This document shows positions 60,306-64,000 of a DNA stretch of 64,000 nucleotides, piece after piece. Origin of the DNA: Cyanophora paradoxa CCMP329 (lineage: Eukaryota; Plantae; Glaucophyta). The notes below the pieces were generated by a model. That model was given only the letters and a program-made list of their open reading frames with translations, searched no databases and had not been told where the DNA came from. The stretch covers positions 150,034-214,033 of the forward strand of contig QPMI01000621.1 of the NCBI GenBank assembly GCA_004431415.1, written 5' to 3'. Position 1 is the stretch's first letter; every line of letters starts with the position of its first letter. Position numbers and translations under genes: made by a program.

Positions 60306-63300
60306 CTATGTCTGGTCCAAATCCATTTCGTCTATTTCCCCTCCGCTAGATCGTCTGCTAGAACCTCTGCTAGGGCCCTATCATCGAAATCGAGCATGTT
60401 GGCGCCCTCATCCTCCGCCTCCATCTCCTCCTCCGCCTCCTCCTCTGCCTCGGCGTCGTACTCGGCGGTCTCCTCCTCCTCCTCCTCCTCGTCCCCGCTC
60501 TCCTCGGGCACCTCGTCCTCCGGCACCGGATCCCCCTCCTGCAGCTCAATATCCTCGTCGATCTCCTCCTCGTCCGCAGGCAGGGGCACCGCTGCCACCT
60601 CCTCGCCCCCGGCGGCGCCGCCGCCGCCCCTTCGCCCTGCATAGCCGCTGACCGGTGGGACGGGCCGCAGGTCGGGGGATGAAGGGCCATCTGGCCAGGC
60701 CTTGGCGGCGACGGGCGCGTCGTACTCGCGTGGGCAGCGTCCTTCCCGCCGGCGCTCGCCTCCGTCATGTTCCGCATCCACAGCGCCAGGCGCCGCCGCT
60801 GGTGCGTCATGATCTGCTTGAGCATGTCGAGGTCCTTGTTCCACCCGCCACCGAGAGACGTGACGGTGTGTCGCAGGCGCCGAAGGAGGCCCATGTAGGA
60901 CTCGATGACCTCGCAGCTCCAACGGCCGGGCGCGTTCGTGTTGTCGACGCGCGCCCAGAACGCGAGGTGCGCAAGCGTCGAGTGCATGTAGCGTGTGAAG
61001 ATCTTCCATAACGGGAAGTGTGTCTCCATCAGGCCCTGGAGCTCGGCGACGGCCTCGATAACTTGCTGCCGCGCCTCCTCGTCGGGCTTCATGTTCCGCT
61101 CGTACTGGTAGATGATCTGGCGGAGCTGCCAAATCTCGTGCATGCCCCTCGTCTTCTCGCTCCAGCTCTCCTTACTGTCGCCGAAGCAGATGCTGAAGAG
61201 GGTGTCGGGCGCCTCGGGGTCCTCCAGGATCTTCTTGGCGGTGTTGGCGGAGATCTTCTGGAAGAACTTGTAGGTGGCCCCGTTCTCGGTCTTCTCGAAC
61301 TTGATGTTCCGCGCGTATTTATCGCGAAGATGACGCTGCAGGTCTTCGATGCGCTTCTGCTGGTCCTCGGAGGCACCACAGGCGAGGGCGAGGAAGAAGT
61401 AGACGAAGAACCCGGCCACCCAGCTCTTGATGCCGTGCAGGGCGTCGTCGAGCCGGACCTGAGGTGCGCGTTGGCGTCCGCTGAGGCGAGGTGTCGCGGG
61501 CTTCTCACCTCGACGGCAGCGACGGGCAGCATGCTGTTCGGGAGCGGCTGCAGGAGGGCGTTGGCGTCGTGCTCGGGGGTGCGGATTCTCTGTTCGCTGG
61601 CTGGAGGGAGGCCGTCCCGATCCCGCGGCCCTGCTGCGCGCACGACTTCGACCGCCGAGCAATCGGACCTGCAGTAACGTGAGCCCCATGCCGAATCTCA
61701 GCGCGTGTGACTCGGCGAACTGACCCGCGTCGGTGGACAGAATCGCAGTGCGGGCACAGGTCGAAGCCGAGGAGGACGCGGAGGAACTTGTAGTCGCCCG
61801 TCACCAAGATTCGACCTCGACGGGCTTGTCGTGCTCGTACCCGGGGATCAGGGTGAGCGGGTTCTCGTTCAGGTACTCGACCATGTCGGCGAGGGGCTTG
61901 ATGCGTGGGCGCAGGTTCTCCTCGCTGTCGCTACCGCCGAAGAGCATTAGGGGCAGGAGGGCGTAGCAGCTCTGAACGCCCTTCAGCGGGTGGTACGCCT
62001 GCGTCCCGTCCTCCTCGATGACGTAGTAGCCGTCGACGATTGCCACGATGCAGGTCATGCCGTCGGTCGTGGAGACGCTCTTCCCGCGGAACGCGATCGT
62101 CCCGTCGCCGCCAGGCGGACTCGAGGTCTGATCTTCTTCCCCTGTGCTTGTGCAGCGGGACGAAAGCGCTGATGAGGGCCGACAGGGCGGGCGTCGGCGT
62201 GACAGCTCTGCGGGGCGGCGGCGCTGCCGCCTCTCCGCCCGCCGCCGGCGCTGCCGCCTCTCCGCCCGCCGCCGGCGCTGCGCTCGACGGAGGCACAAAG
62301 AGCTCGAGCATGACGCCCGGCTTGCCCTTGTTCTCCTCGTCGCCGACGCCCGCCGCTGTTTCGACGATCTGCACGATCTGCACCGCTCGGTGAGCCTCGT
62401 CCCTCACCCCCGCCCCGCGCGCGCGCGCCGCGCCTTCTCGAGGTCATCGTTGACCTTGCCCGTAGCTTCGTGATGCAGTGCTTCGACGGGAGGAAGGCTC
62501 GCAGCCCCACGAAGTGCTTCTTCAGGGCCTTCTTGAGGAGCTTCGTGAACTCAAAGTACGTCGCCTGCCCCGGGTCGGTTTAGAACGGGATGGGGGGTTA
62601 AAACATTCGAGAAAGGGCGCACGTCCGAGATGCAGTGGCGGTCCTTCCACTCTAGAATCTCGCAGTCGGGGAAGGTGTCCGCAGCTTCCTGCAGGCGATG
62701 CTCATCGCCTTCTTCACTTGCAGCTGACCCGATTTGCTCGTTTCCAGGGCTCGTTGGGCCTGCGGACGGTGGTTCAGAAAGGTGCTCTTCTCCAACGATT
62801 TTGTAGCCTATTAAAGTACGATTCTCGGTAGCTCTTTTTATGTATAATAACGCGCACTGCGTGTGGCCCGATGATGCTCACGAGGCGGCGTGCCTCCGCC
62901 TCCAGCGCTCCCTCCTCTTCTGATAGGCGCCCTCCTCCTCTCCTTTGTTCCTGGGGCGCCCTGGATAAGCATGCATATGCCTGCGCGCGCGCCGCCCCGC
63001 CTTGTACCTCGCGAAGTTCTTTTTAAACATGGGGAGGCGGATCTGGATGTCCGGACTCGCAGCGTTAGAATCGTCGAGAGCAGCATGCGGAGAACCGCGT
63101 GCGCCGCTGCCTGGACGTATCCGAGCATCCCTTCCCAGGACCTGCCTAGCTATGCGCGAGATGGTCGCTGCACGCTGTGCCGAAGTCCGCGGGACCTTGG
63201 CGCGCTTCGACTGGTGCTCCTCCCTAAGCTTCTTGTTCTCCGCCTCAAGCACTGCGATGCGCTCGTCGCGCGCTTTGAGCGTCGCCTTGCGGACGATCCG

Positions 63301-63792
63301 CTCCTCAGGCGGCACATCTTCCTTGCCGCGAGCGCGTTTCGGGGCGGTGCCGGGGCCGGGGGCCGGCCGCGGCGCCGGGCTCGGCGCCTCATTAAGAACT
63401 GCATTCGTCTGCTCGCGGCCGGGCAGAGAGCATACACTCGTAAGCGCGGGCAAGTCAAGTCATGACATCGAATTTGAATGAGCGGCATACCACGTCGGCG
63501 CCGAACGCGCGACGACCGCGCTGCTGCTGCTGCTCTGGGCTAATCTGAGGCGATTGCGGGCTCGCTGGAGCCGATGGCGACCCGGGTGGCGAAGCTGGAG
63601 GGCTCTGCAGGATGCACTGGAGGAACACAGCCACTGCGGTGGCCTCTTGAAGCGCCGCCGTGCAAGCTAAGCTATGCGGATACAATGGAGACGCAATGCC
63701 GCGCGCCTCCAGTTCCAGTGGGCGTTTCGGCTGTGGGTGAGCACTGCGATGATCCGCATAAGCGCCTGGTACGCGACCGACGCGTCCGCCAT
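60306..63792 (-). CDS. RAG1/Transib-like DDE transposase, copy 2
   Basis: Duplicate of 49464-52952; ORF 60370-61689 reads through DALH...YMHSTLAH...SCEVIES in one frame. Confidence 0.88.
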
Positions 63793-64000
63793 CTCTAAAA
63801 CGACTGCTGCGGGCGCTGGAAACGTTTGGGGCGCGGGCTGGGCCGCGGGACGGGGCGCGATGGGTCGCTGCATCGCGCGGCGGGTTCAAAACTCGGAAAA
63901 AAAGATCGCGTGTACCTCCCCTGCCATCTGCGGAAGCGGCAGCTCCGAGCGCCGCGAGCAAGCATACACATCCGCGACAGTTAGGCGCCGAAGAGCAGCA

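Larger units (their letters stand above)
58137..64000. mobile_element. RAG1-like/Transib transposon, copy 2 (truncated by window end)
   Basis: Near-identical to 47296-~53160; the differences seen are 1-bp indels. Confidence 0.85.

Overview
Eukaryotic, very GC-rich, intron-dense genomic DNA with short GT-AG and frequent GC-AG introns and several micro-exons. The intron style and a Phe-leading plastid transit peptide suggest an alga, probably a glaucophyte such as Cyanophora; this is an inference. Most six-frame ORFs are GC-rich shadows, so genes were rebuilt by splicing by eye and boundaries are approximate. Bases 1-47.2 kb hold host genes: SNM1/PSO2-type nuclease (5' part), PLAC8 protein, two F-box/LRR proteins, a 7-module Cys-rich surface protein, a secreted protein with a probable 1-nt exon, bacterial-type threonine aldolase, kinesin-14, a RING membrane protein, a class-3 lipase between two paralogous membrane proteins, plastid signal peptidase I and UBC9. 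A nested pair of TA-flanked MITEs lies at 33 kb. The main discovery starts at 47,296: a head-to-tail tandem of a ~10.8-kb element with CAC...CACAGTG ends and a 5-bp spacer. It encodes an intron-containing RAG1/Transib-like DDE transposase with the catalytic and Zn-binding motifs recognisable. A BAH-domain gene is transcribed convergently to it, in the position RAG2 occupies in RAG transposons, and two coiled-coil cargo genes complete the unit.
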